A stretch of DNA of 64,000 nucleotides, from NCBI GenBank assembly GCA_023898665.1, contig CP060233.1, positions 484,368-548,367 on the forward strand, read 5' to 3'. The position numbers were made by a program, and so were the translations under genes. The stretch's first letter is position 1. Every line of letters begins with the position of its first letter. Origin of the DNA: Candidatus Nomurabacteria bacterium. GTDB taxonomy: Bacteria > Patescibacteriota > Saccharimonadia > Saccharimonadales > HK-STAS-PATE-42. The notes below the pieces were generated by a model. The model saw nothing but the letters and a program-made list of their open reading frames with translations. It was not told where the DNA came from and did no database searches. This document shows positions 18,763 to 27,730 of this stretch, in pieces.

Positions 18763-20467
18763 ACAAAGTTTAAAGTTTTTCTACCCAACTTAACTCCGTA
18801 GATAATTAAAGCTAGGCTGAAGAATAAATATATCAAGCTACTGGATCCTGTACTTGCCAGTTCATTAGACTCAAGAGTTTGAATGTTGTCTAGTTGGGCT
18901 AGACCAGAAGGGTCACGAACAACACCATCTGCTGTTCCGTCGTCATCGAACTCACCACCATCTGTGATTTGATACTGAACGAAGAAGACGGTTTGCTCCT
19001 CAAGAGGTAGACCTAAGAGATTGTAATCTAAAAAGGCTTTATAAGAACCGTCTGGCATCCATTTTCTTAAAGTGTAAGTTTCGGAGCCTTCAACGCCATA
19101 AAAATAATGTCTGATTGTAGCTGTCGTACCTGGCTCGTCACAAGTTATATGGAATGAAGCTAAGCCCATTGGATAAGTATATTGAGAATCTGCTTTTTCT
19201 GAAGACTCTGAGCCAACTTGGAACCCAGCGATGCTTGTGCAGTTTGCAGCCTCGAAGACTGCGTAATCATTTGTCAGAGGATTAATATAGGTTATAACGT
19301 TTGATTGTTGGTAATCTGGAGTTCCATCATCGTTTGCATCACCATCATTAGGAGAAAGGGCTTCTGTAATATTTGCCGTTCCGTCACCATCGAGGTCAGA
19401 ATCACCAGTAGTAGTTGCCTCTACTACTCCCCATGGGCTCGTTCCAATATTATCAACATATCTGAACCTAATTTGGTAATCGGTACCCTCTAATAAGCCA
19501 TTGATGGTTACGTCAAATTCTGTTCCATTCTGCGAACTTAAGTTTAGCCATTGGTCTGATTGAACAGCTTTATATTGAAGTTCCCAGACAGTGCCACCTT
19601 CCAGCGTTCTAGTTGAGGTACAGGATCCGGAAATTGAGTTATCAGTTGAGTTTGGAGCCTCGCATATTAATGTTGGGAGTTCAACTGGTCTTAAGCCTGG
19701 AAAGTTGCCGGGTCTTATATACCAAATTTCATCGAAGTCCCAAGGTTCGACCTCTTGACCTACCGTTAGAGATGAGGATGCAAAATTATCAGTCCCGTAA
19801 TACTGCGAGCCAGAACCAGAAATGCCACCGGATAATGAATTAGCTGTTATTATGGCTTCGGAGTAAGTATTTGCGAGGTCTGTTGGACCTGAGCCTATTT
19901 CTCCTACGATTCCTCCAACTTTTGAGTCTCCTTCAACCGTTCCTTGAAAGTATGAATCTGTGAGAGTGGACGGTCCGACCATTTGTCCGGCGATTCCTCC
20001 AACTCAATCAACAACGTACCATTAAGGGGGTTAGGAGCTATAGCAGTATTAGCCTGTGATCCTGGTTGGGAGTAGCCGTCTATGGTGAGGGTTTCTGTTA
20101 TTTGAGGTAGTGCAGATTGAGGAGAGATGGTGTAGCCATTTTGAGAGTTGTTAGTGAAGTCTGGAGTACCTGAGATATTAAAGAGAATGGTTGAGGCATC
20201 AGGATCTGAGTTAGCTTCTTGAATAGCTGCTCTTAGGGTACAGTTGCCATCTCCATCATCACAGGTTCCATCGCCAATGTTTGCATCTGCAGTATCTAGA
20301 GTGGAGTCTACGGTTATACCATCTGAGAAGTCATTATCAAGAGCAGAGACATTCTTGTTTTGTCTAGATAGAGCTAGGGAGAGGAAAGAGCCGAGAATTA
20401 GAAATCCGGTGAGAAAAAGAAGTTTAAGTTTTTTAGAAAGCATGGATTTTTTTAAAGATATATACAT
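18759..20467 (-). pseudogene. large secreted or cell-wall-anchored surface protein, split by a 1-nt frameshift (~19985..20010)
   Basis: ORF 19904..20467 has a signal peptide plus a CSLREA-type motif (GNCTLRAAIQEAN). ORF 18759..19982 has GLUG-like GGIVGEIG repeats, an FN3-like region, Asp-rich Ca-binding-like DSDLDGDG and NDGDANDDG, and a C-terminal LASTG followed by a TM helix and KLGRK (LAxTG sorting signal). The second frame extends upstream as VGGIAGQMVG to a TGA, so the two ORFs join if one base is restored. Confidence 0.7.
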
Positions 20468-20499
20468 GTTTTTTAGTTAAGTCTAAATCTAGGCTTATT

Positions 20500-20529
20500 T
20501 ATATGTATGAATAATTATTCATACATATA
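20500..20529. repeat. perfect 30-bp palindrome
   Basis: TATATGTATGAATAA|TTATTCATACATATA lies 33 nt upstream of the surface-protein ATG (20467). Confidence 0.9.
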
Positions 20530-20546
20530 TTAAGCTTATGGTTAGG

Positions 20547-20575
20547 ATTTTAACATGTTATGGGGGGGTGGGCAA
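20547..20575 (-). promoter_or_regulatory. candidate sigma70-type promoter with a C7 homopolymer in the spacer
   Basis: Minus-strand TTGCCC-ACCCCCCCATAACATGT(17 nt)-TAAAAT. The + strand G7 lies at 20562..20568. Confidence 0.5.
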
Positions 20576-20620
20576 TAAGTGTGAGTAAAGATAAAGTGGT
20601 TTACAGGAATATACATCTTC

Positions 20621-21145
20621 TTAAGAACTGATAAGACCTGAAGCAACGCTTAATAATATAAATACTGCAAGTGCTATACCTAGCCACTTTAAAACTTTGT
20701 TGGCATCACTAGAAGTACTACGAGACTTAATTAATATATTAGGATAATTTCTAGCCAGACTAATCCACTCTGTTATACCACTTTTTTTCATAAGGCTATC
20801 AGTTACCCTAGTTCCGATAACACTTGACATTGAAGCAATTATGCCTGCAGCGCCCACTGTGTTACCTGTTCCTCCCAATAGGTAGTTAAACTCTCCTGTG
20901 GTAGAAGTTATAATTAATAGGTTCATTCTGCTTTCAATTTGTTTTATATTGTCTATGCCTATCGAGGTTAACTCGGTACCCGACTCATCTTTAAAGACTA
21001 TAATATCGTTACTCAACCAGACTAAAGTTCCCTTTTTCCAGTTGTTTGCTGTACCATTTGACCATGTAGCTTCACTACTAATTTTATAACCAAGACTTTG
21101 TTGTTGAGGTTGTTGAGTTGTTTCGCTACCTGTAATATCATTCAT
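20621..21145 (-). CDS. hypothetical protein with C-terminal TM anchor
   Basis: 174-aa ORF with a Q-rich N-terminus, a PH-like beta segment (GTLVWLSNDIIVFKDESG), and a C-terminal helix. Confidence 0.5.
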   Translation of the reverse strand: MNDITGSETTQQPQQQSLGYKISSEATWSNGTANNWKKGTLVWLSNDIIVFKDESGTELTSIGIDNIKQIESRMNLLIITSTTGEFNYLLGGTGNTVGAAGIIASMSSVIGTRVTDSLMKKSGITEWISLARNYPNILIKSRSTSSDANKVLKWLGIALAVFILLSVASGLISS

Positions 21146-21308
21146 AAATATATTCTTTTATTAAAAATTCTTCCTTAGAATTATCTTATAATATTATTAC
21201 ACTTTAATAAATAATTATAGTTACTTAAGGCTAGAAAACATATGACTAATATATATAGGATTATAAAAAGCTATTATCAAAAAGACTTAAACAATCTACT
21301 CTTTACGC

Positions 21309-21758
21309 TTACTTAGTAAGATCCTGATCTGCACCATCAAAGAATGTAATTGATGGGTCGTTATTACAAATCTTATTCTTTAAAAATTTAATTCGGGTAG
21401 CAATAGTAAATGTACTTGAATAGAACTGAGGAATATAACCAAAGTTATCAGGTATAGAATTTGTTTTTAAGTTACGGGGCTGTATCCGAATCTTTAAGCG
21501 TCCATCTGGTGCTTCGTTAATTGTCATCGCTATACCCTGCCTACCTGTAAGAAAAGAAGATTGAGCAATAATTGGATTAGATTGATCAATAACTTTCCAG
21601 CCCCACCTTGTCATGCTACTTCGAAAAATATCTTTCAACCTATCACGCGATAAAGTTGTGTAAGCCATAATGGGGCGCATCCTGCGTAGTGACCAAAAAG
21701 TTGTAGCAAAGTATAGCCCAATCAGAAATATTACAGAAAAAAATAGTAAAGCTTCCAT
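21309..21758 (-). CDS. hypothetical protein with N-terminal TM helix
   Basis: 149-aa ORF. Confidence 0.5.
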   Translation of the reverse strand: MEALLFFSVIFLIGLYFATTFWSLRRMRPIMAYTTLSRDRLKDIFRSSMTRWGWKVIDQSNPIIAQSSFLTGRQGIAMTINEAPDGRLKIRIQPRNLKTNSIPDNFGYIPQFYSSTFTIATRIKFLKNKICNNDPSITFFDGADQDLTK

Positions 21759-21877
21759 AACCGTGTTATATGTTTTTGATTATTATATGCATTTTACATT
21801 TTCTGGTTAGATTCTATCACAAAAGTTTAATATTAGAACCAGAGAGTTCACAATAGATATTACGTTAACATAAAACT

Positions 21878-21889
21878 GCTTATGCTTGC
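21878..21889 (+). promoter_or_regulatory. one-mismatch variant of the motif in + orientation (GCTTATGCTTGC)
   Basis: It lies 34 nt upstream of the ATG at 21923 of a GC-richer + strand ORF, the same spacing class as copies 1, 5 and 6. Confidence 0.4.
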
Positions 21890-21922
21890 TTATAGGTATG
21901 TAAGTAATAATACTAGTGGGTA

Positions 21923-23010
21923 ATGGCCTATACAGTTGATCAGTTGGTAAGTTGGGCAAATCCTGGTATGAGTGAGTTTATTGGCTATGCCTTCTCTGAA
22001 GAGCATTGCGAGAGAATCACTAGTGAGGTAGCTCTCCGTCGAAGAGAATTTCTAGTCAGTGCTATTGGAGGACGTCTAAGTGGTCTGCCCGTAAGTAAAG
22101 AAGGAGATAGAGACGAGCTTGACTTCTCTACTATACCGTTGCGACCAATTATGGACCGTGAGGAGCACCTGGAAATAGCTAATGAGACATGGGTACGACG
22201 GCACCCAAATATTTTTCTCCAGACTGATATTAAATCATACTGGAAGATACTAGCGGATATTCAATCCCGATTAATGGGCCACCCTCCACACACAACTAAA
22301 AATAATAACTTTTACCTAGAAGCACTTTCACCAGATGGCCGATGGCTTAAGTCAGATGAGAAGAGGTTTAAAGACGCAGTTGCTGATGCTACATTCATAA
22401 AAGAGAGTGGGTATCCTATACGATTCTTAACAAAAGGGGTATCGTATGTTGTTAATTCTGGTCTTGACATGGATACCGTTGAGGCCTGGATAGAAACAAG
22501 GGTTAAGAAAGACTACTTTCCAATTTTTTATACTCCTCAAGGTTTTTGGCCAGCTATGGTTGAAGGCAAGCGCGCATACGACGAAGCAAGAGGTAGGAAT
22601 ACTTATGCTGACGTAGGTTTTTGGCCAGCTATGGTATGTATATAGCTCCCTATGTCGATGAAGCCATTGATGAATCTCCAGACTTTTTCCACTTTGATGA
22701 TATTTTTTTTAGAGCAGTACTAGAAAGGTCTGAAAGTAAAATGGCAACCAGAGCTCTACGCACAATTGTGAGACTTCTTTGTGGTGATGATAATGAAAAG
22801 TTTAACCGTTTAAACCTAAAGTACTTCCGCCAGCCTAGTAATGGAGGTTCTCCTGGAGCTATTTTTTTTAGAAAAGATATACTTCCAGCCGTTCTTGAGC
22901 GTGCGGAAGAGCAGGGTATACGTGGTAAAGTTATAGAGTTTATAGAGAGTTTAGCCAGAGAATACCTCTTGGAACCAGATGAATATGATGATCTAGTTTT
23001 TTCCAACTAA
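21923..23010 (+). pseudogene. GC-richer orphan gene split into two ORFs (21923..22645 and 22621..23010) just after an internal repeat
   Basis: A perfect 21-bp direct repeat (AGGTTTTTGGCCAGCTATGGT) sits at 22540..22560 and 22615..22635 and encodes GFWPAMV twice. The frame is lost right after the second copy. The total span of 1088 nt is not a multiple of 3. The second ORF has only a TTG start. Confidence 0.5.
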
Positions 23011-23136
23011 TCACTACTGCATAAACTTGCATTATATATCTTGTTCCTAATATGGCCCACGAGACTATTAACAATGTAATTAGTTAATACGACATCATGA
23101 TACTAATCAAAATAAAATAGCTACGTGGTGTCCGCT

Positions 23137-23180
23137 TTGGCTGAGCGTTATGGCCTTGAACATTAAACAGCCTGGAACCT
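23137..23180 (+). repeat. TTGGCTGAGC repeat family copy 1 (tRNA-Ser 5'-half-like fragment)
   Basis: ctTTGGCTGAGCGttatggCCTTGAAca resembles the tRNA-Ser D-arm and anticodon-arm pattern (TGGCCGAGCGG...GGTCTTGAAAACC), but it cannot fold into a tRNA. Confidence 0.4.
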
Positions 23181-23214
23181 TAACTAGAAATACGCTATAT
23201 TAATTATCAGTAGT

Positions 23215-24060
23215 ATGAAAAAATTAAAACTTCTAAACCTGAGTTGGTACGGAGCTTATGTCATTACCATAATAGGTAGCGTAATCTCAGTTTTGGCTTA
23301 TCGCAACATATCTAAGAATAGTTTCTTAGATATAAATAACCTTTCAAACATCTATATTTACTGGCTTGGAATAGCCTGTCTTAGTGGGATACTTATGACT
23401 ATTCACCTAGTTTTTAAGAACTATAAGATTCAGCGAAGAAACGAAGACCTCAAAGGTGATAAATCTTATGAAACACAGGTACCTAGGCTACCATCTGATG
23501 TTACCCAAAAGATACTAACAGCTGTTGCCTTTACTGCACCCGCTTTGACGTCACTAATCCTCTTGAAAACTGAGCTTGCCCTTTTGATGCTTCTTATATG
23601 GCCGATGATATTGTTATTAGGTCTATTATTTGGGTTCTTACTTGGTATATTCATCACCGTTTTTATATTGGCGGTTAGTAGTATTAAAAAAAATGTACTT
23701 ATAGTTTTTGATAGTAACGTTGCATCTCAAGTTAGAGTCCATGCTTTATCAAAAGCTATCTGTACTCTGGGGATAGTCTTAATTATAGGGACAATGATAT
23801 TTGCCCAAACGACTCTGGTGCAGTCAGGACATGGAGGGATATATCGAGCTAGGGCAACTGCATCCACGGCTATACTTGGATTAATATGGCCAAATTTCGC
23901 CTTAAACTCAGGTCGTGTAAATGTACTTGCTGCGGAAACACTCAAAACGCTAAGCATTTTATTCTGGATTGGTATAATAATGTTTGTTCAAAACTTTCTT
24001 ATAAGATCATTCCTACCCTCAACTAAAACTCCTGAAGATAAAAAGAGGCATAAGTCGTAA
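23215..24060 (+). CDS. polytopic membrane protein, hypothetical
   Basis: 281 aa with about 7 hydrophobic segments. Confidence 0.6.
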   Translation: MKKLKLLNLSWYGAYVITIIGSVISVLAYRNISKNSFLDINNLSNIYIYWLGIACLSGILMTIHLVFKNYKIQRRNEDLKGDKSYETQVPRLPSDVTQKILTAVAFTAPALTSLILLKTELALLMLLIWPMILLLGLLFGFLLGIFITVFILAVSSIKKNVLIVFDSNVASQVRVHALSKAICTLGIVLIIGTMIFAQTTLVQSGHGGIYRARATASTAILGLIWPNFALNSGRVNVLAAETLKTLSILFWIGIIMFVQNFLIRSFLPSTKTPEDKKRHKS

Positions 24061-24154
24061 TGACTAAAGCTTAGTAGTTATTTAATTGCTGAGAAACAAG
24101 TCTAGTCCTGAACTTGCTAATGCTACCAAATTTTTGTCTTACCCCTATCCTATT

Positions 24155-24163
24155 TTGGCTGAG
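24155..24163 (+). repeat. TTGGCTGAG repeat family copy 2 (short)
   Basis: ctatTTTGGCTGAGttat, immediately downstream of the stop of ORF 24175..24702. Confidence 0.3.
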
Positions 24164-24174
24164 TTATACAGTAT

Positions 24175-24702
24175 CTAGCAGAGTTCTTCGAGTGATCGAT
24201 AGCTCTGACTCGTATCAGATGACTGATCAGCAATCCATTCATCATAGCGTTCGCAAGCCACTTGTCCTGAGCGAGTAATTACAAAACTGAGCCCCTTCTC
24301 GTACGATTCACTAGAATGGATTGTACACAGCAACTCAGACCCATCATCAAGAGTACGGATCGTATCTTTGTGCTGGAACGTCCAGTTTGCATGATGTGCA
24401 GACTTGTCAGTTAAAGTGGTACCTGATGCTTCTTGGAATTTAAGAACCTCATGGATAAATCTACGTTCTGACAATTTAGGAGATATCACCGTGCCTTGAC
24501 TGTCTTCACTAAGACACGCCACGGGATCTGGTCCAACATAACCAGGGTCTTGATCATCTAAGTGAAGTAGCGAGTTAATACTCAAAACGCTAACGGCTGT
24601 CACAAACATTGTTGCTAAAGGTCCAACAGGGTGGCTGAATAGTACTTTTGAAAAACTATTCCTATGATTAAGCCGGTTTCTTCTACTCATGATATTTATC
24701 AT
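24175..24702 (-). CDS. hypothetical protein with N-terminal TM helix (GC-richer)
   Basis: 175-aa ORF. Confidence 0.5.
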   Translation of the reverse strand: MINIMSRRNRLNHRNSFSKVLFSHPVGPLATMFVTAVSVLSINSLLHLDDQDPGYVGPDPVACLSEDSQGTVISPKLSERRFIHEVLKFQEASGTTLTDKSAHHANWTFQHKDTIRTLDDGSELLCTIHSSESYEKGLSFVITRSGQVACERYDEWIADQSSDTSQSYRSLEELC

Positions 24703-24732
24703 AGTATACTAAGCTAGTATAGTCAAGTATCG

Positions 24733-24790
24733 TGGCTTGGCGTCGCAGTCTGAAAACTTCTAACAGCTTAAAACGAGACAAATGGGACAC
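24733..24790 (+). repeat. ~57-nt degenerate direct repeat, left copy (TTGGCTGAG family copy 3)
   Basis: tggcttggcgtcgcagtctgaaaacttctaacagcttaaaacgagacaaatgggacac aligns by eye to 36729..36785 at about 42 of 58 positions. Confidence 0.5.
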
Positions 24791-24872
24791 TAATAAATGT
24801 GCTAATTTTGTAAAATCTACATACACTCCTGTATTTTTTGTGGTTTAAGAGTTTTATAAGCAGCATTATTGT

Positions 24873-25055
24873 TTAATGGCCCATAAATATAACATCATCC
24901 CGATCATTAAAGTGCCTATTAGGTATAGCAATTGTCTGATCTGGGTTTGTAGCATGTATAAAGCCGACGTCTTCAAATTTTGTGTCTATTGTCGACTGTC
25001 TTGCAGTACCCATCCTTCTGGGACTCAGATCATAGGGTATCAGTTTAGGTAACAA
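24873..25055 (-). pseudogene. DUF952-like fragment (no ATG, C-terminally truncated)
   Basis: FEDVGFIHATNPDQTIAIPNRHFNDRDDVIFM matches the DUF952 core (EGFIH.S...Q) from memory. It ends after about 60 codons, where full-length members are about 115 aa. It is in frame with the TGA of the upstream hydrolase gene and immediately follows it. Confidence 0.4.
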
Positions 25056-25076
25056 TGATTGTACTAGCTGGTAACG

Positions 25077-25655
25077 TCATGAAAGCACTTCGCTTAAGAG
25101 TTCTGGGAATACTTCACCACCAAGAGTGCTCGTTACAAAATGCCCCTTATCGGTATATTCACGATAACTAATTCCATGCACCTTTTCTTTGAGTATTTCT
25201 ACTGACTTTACCACGCTTGGCTCGTCATCACTTGATATAAATACTGTGGTGCTTTGAGTTCGAGAGGGGAATTCCGGGTCTATATCAAAATCAAAGAAGT
25301 TGGCTGTGTCGGAGACTTCATACTCAAGCGGATTAACCCACGGTGCCACAAGAACAACTTTACCTACCTTTATATCTTTATGCTCGCTTAAATAACGTAC
25401 TAAAAATCCACCACCACAACTATGCCCAACCAGAATGGTATCGTTTGTTATATCAAATCGTTCAAACTCTTTTTTCCATTCGTTGTAACGAGGCCTAAAT
25501 GGGAATGGTGGCTCGATGGACACCGCATGGATATCTTTAAGTATTAATTGGCGCTTTAGCCAGCTAAACCAGTGATCCTCACTATTACTAGGGCGCTTGG
25601 GATCATAATGTTCATCTTTGTCGGGTCTTCCGGGGACAAGTATCGCGTTCTTCAT
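25077..25655 (-). CDS. alpha/beta hydrolase, YdeN/RBBP9-like serine hydrolase
   Basis: 192 aa with ILVPG, the nucleophile elbow GHSCGG, and VLVAPW. Confidence 0.7.
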   Translation of the reverse strand: MKNAILVPGRPDKDEHYDPKRPSNSEDHWFSWLKRQLILKDIHAVSIEPPFPFRPRYNEWKKEFERFDITNDTILVGHSCGGGFLVRYLSEHKDIKVGKVVLVAPWVNPLEYEVSDTANFFDFDIDPEFPSRTQSTTVFISSDDEPSVVKSVEILKEKVHGISYREYTDKGHFVTSTLGGEVFPELLSEVLS

Positions 25656-25729
25656 ATGTTCAATTATAGCTTACAGAACTACTCATTATCACTAACAATA
25701 TACTACTTAATCCAATACCTATTCTGCGA

Positions 25730-26353
25730 CTACTTTGTTACAAGCCAAGCTCGACTCCATACAGAAATAACGCCATGATAGCTATTCTCTATGGCAAAAC
25801 CAAAACTTAGTTGTTCCCTTGCGAAATTTCCATCACCACCAAACTTGCCGTTTAGAGTAGGGCTAGTAAAATAGGTCCCATGTTTAGCCTTCTCATCCTC
25901 TATGAAAGCCTTAACCAGCTCGGCTATGTCTAAAGGTTGCTCAGAAAAACTATCATAATCACCCTCTTCCAGACTACGGTACAAGAATCTTAGTGCAAAT
26001 CTATCTGCTATGACCAACTTTCTTAAGTAACCCAGTCTTGCCTCCATACCTTCTGGGGCATCAATAGCTTGTACACCATACATGGTTCTTCTTCTGTGCT
26101 CAGTACTTGCCATACCAGCCAAAGCTACTAGCATGTCTATGGACTCAGGACTAACATCAGTTGGAAGGAATAGAAAACCACCGGTATCTTCATTACGTGG
26201 TGCTAGCAACTCTGGTCGGGGATGTCCTTTATCCTGGTAGCCATACACACCATTGCCGTTTGGCATATCTACAGTAGGGTCTATCACATCGCCAGAAGGA
26301 ACCTGCAGTATTTGTGTTTCTCTAACTCCAGTCGATTCGAAGAGACCAGGCAT
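25730..26353 (-). CDS. hypothetical protein (GC-richer orphan, second gene of a two-gene operon)
   Basis: 207-aa ORF starting 10 nt after the stop of the upstream gene. Confidence 0.55.
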   Translation of the reverse strand: MPGLFESTGVRETQILQVPSGDVIDPTVDMPNGNGVYGYQDKGHPRPELLAPRNEDTGGFLFLPTDVSPESIDMLVALAGMASTEHRRRTMYGVQAIDAPEGMEARLGYLRKLVIADRFALRFLYRSLEEGDYDSFSEQPLDIAELVKAFIEDEKAKHGTYFTSPTLNGKFGGDGNFAREQLSFGFAIENSYHGVISVWSRAWLVTK

Positions 26354-26363
26354 AGGCTACTTT

Positions 26364-27392
26364 TTAGACTCCAACTCCGTCTTCGGCCAGGTTGAGTGTA
26401 CGCAGAACGGCACAACCTTGTTGAGCCCAAAGCATTCTTGCTCTGAGCTCCTTAAGCTCCTTGCCAAGCTCATGATTAGCCGGAGCTATATTCTTGGCCT
26501 TTAGAGCCTTTAGCTCAATAGCAAAGTCACGGTCTTTATCACCAGGGTGAGCACCCATAAAAGGATATGTCCTACTGCCGGGACCATGTCCTACTGGGTT
26601 ATAGACTAGACTGGCGGCTATTAATCCTTCTGCTGTTCTGGCCATTGTTACTTCGTGTGCATTGATTGATTCTCGTGCTGTTACGAAGGCATCTGGAACT
26701 TCTCCAGCAGGTATATCAGAATTGACCGTTAGCCTGCTAAGCATTAGCTCATCAGTCTCTATATTGGTCTGTAACTCAGTTATCACCTTACGAGCTGTCT
26801 CGATTTGCTGCTCTGTCGTGTTTGCCATCTCAGGATCGGCAATAAGCATTCCCGGGACTTCTGTCGTGCTAATTCTAGCCCTTTCTAAGAAAAAGCCATG
26901 GCACATTAAGCCATTCGTTAAATAATAAAGAGCAGGGTAGTGAGCAAAGATATCAGCTTCTTGCATGGCTTCTCTTATGGCATCTTTTAGCTCCGGCGCA
27001 GTGAGAGCCCATTGCTTATCAGCTTCTTCCATTTCTCGCACAACTCTACTGGCACCCCCAAGGAATAAACGACCTGTGTCGCCTCCCTTATCTTGCCTCT
27101 CGAAAGCATACCCATCATGAGGATGGATTCCTTCTGACCTTGACACGCTTGCTTCGATACTGAATCCGTTAACTATTCCTATTGTTGAGAGTTGATGGTA
27201 CCCCTTGCCTCCGCCAATTTCAGATAGATCAGCATAACTATACGTAGCGCCCTCTTCTCCAACTGTACCTACGGCCAGATTAACATGTACATAATCTGAA
27301 TCTTCTCTTTCATCTACTTGAGTGGTAACCCAGCCTACTCTTTGTCCAGCCATTTCAGGACCAAACTCTTTAACAATTACATCTCTACTCAT
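26364..27392 (-). CDS. hypothetical protein (GC-richer orphan, first gene of the operon)
   Basis: Track ORF 26364..27431. I place the start at Met14 (MSRDVIVKEF, ATG at 27392) because the motif promoter (27429..27439, TTGTGT-N17-AAGAAT) would lie inside the longer ORF. Confidence 0.55.
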   Translation of the reverse strand: MSRDVIVKEFGPEMAGQRVGWVTTQVDEREDSDYVHVNLAVGTVGEEGATYSYADLSEIGGGKGYHQLSTIGIVNGFSIEASVSRSEGIHPHDGYAFERQDKGGDTGRLFLGGASRVVREMEEADKQWALTAPELKDAIREAMQEADIFAHYPALYYLTNGLMCHGFFLERARISTTEVPGMLIADPEMANTTEQQIETARKVITELQTNIETDELMLSRLTVNSDIPAGEVPDAFVTARESINAHEVTMARTAEGLIAASLVYNPVGHGPGSRTYPFMGAHPGDKDRDFAIELKALKAKNIAPANHELGKELKELRARMLWAQQGCAVLRTLNLAEDGVGV

Positions 27393-27428
27393 ATTACTTA
27401 CAATTCTTGCACCTTTGTTTGGACAACA

Positions 27429-27439
27429 CAAGCTTAAGC
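27429..27439 (-). promoter_or_regulatory. CAAGCTTAAGC motif copy 5
   Basis: Exact 11-mer, 36 nt upstream of the ATG at 27392. Confidence 0.55.
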
Positions 27440-27730
27440 ATTAATTAAAAGCTTTCTTCGTAAAAAAGTGAATAATGAGTGAACTTATGTTATCCTTATG
27501 TTTATATACAGATTAATTATATCTGCTGAACCTGCCGGCTGTTAGGCATTAACAGAAAATATTGAAATTATAGAGTGCGACGGCACAAGCAGATAAATAC
27601 GTCCAAATACAAAAACAATACAAACATATTAATTATTAACCTGGATACCCTAAATAGGTAGTTCTTAGGTATTTTAGATGCGATTTAATCGTATTGTTTT
27701 AACGTTCTTAAAGAAAGGGAACAAAAAAGT

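Noticed and set aside
24121-24127. The + strand GCTACCA at 24121..24127 as another tRNA-Met 3'-end remnant
   Set aside because: It is in the opposite orientation to the array copies, has no adjacent T-arm-like sequence or promoter module, and a 7-mer is expected several times by chance in 64 kb.
27393-27431. The 13-codon N-terminal extension (MCCPNKGARIVSN) of ORF 26364..27431
   Set aside because: It would place the promoter motif and the -35 to -10 region inside the coding sequence. Met14 sits at the same 36-nt distance from the motif as in two other copies.
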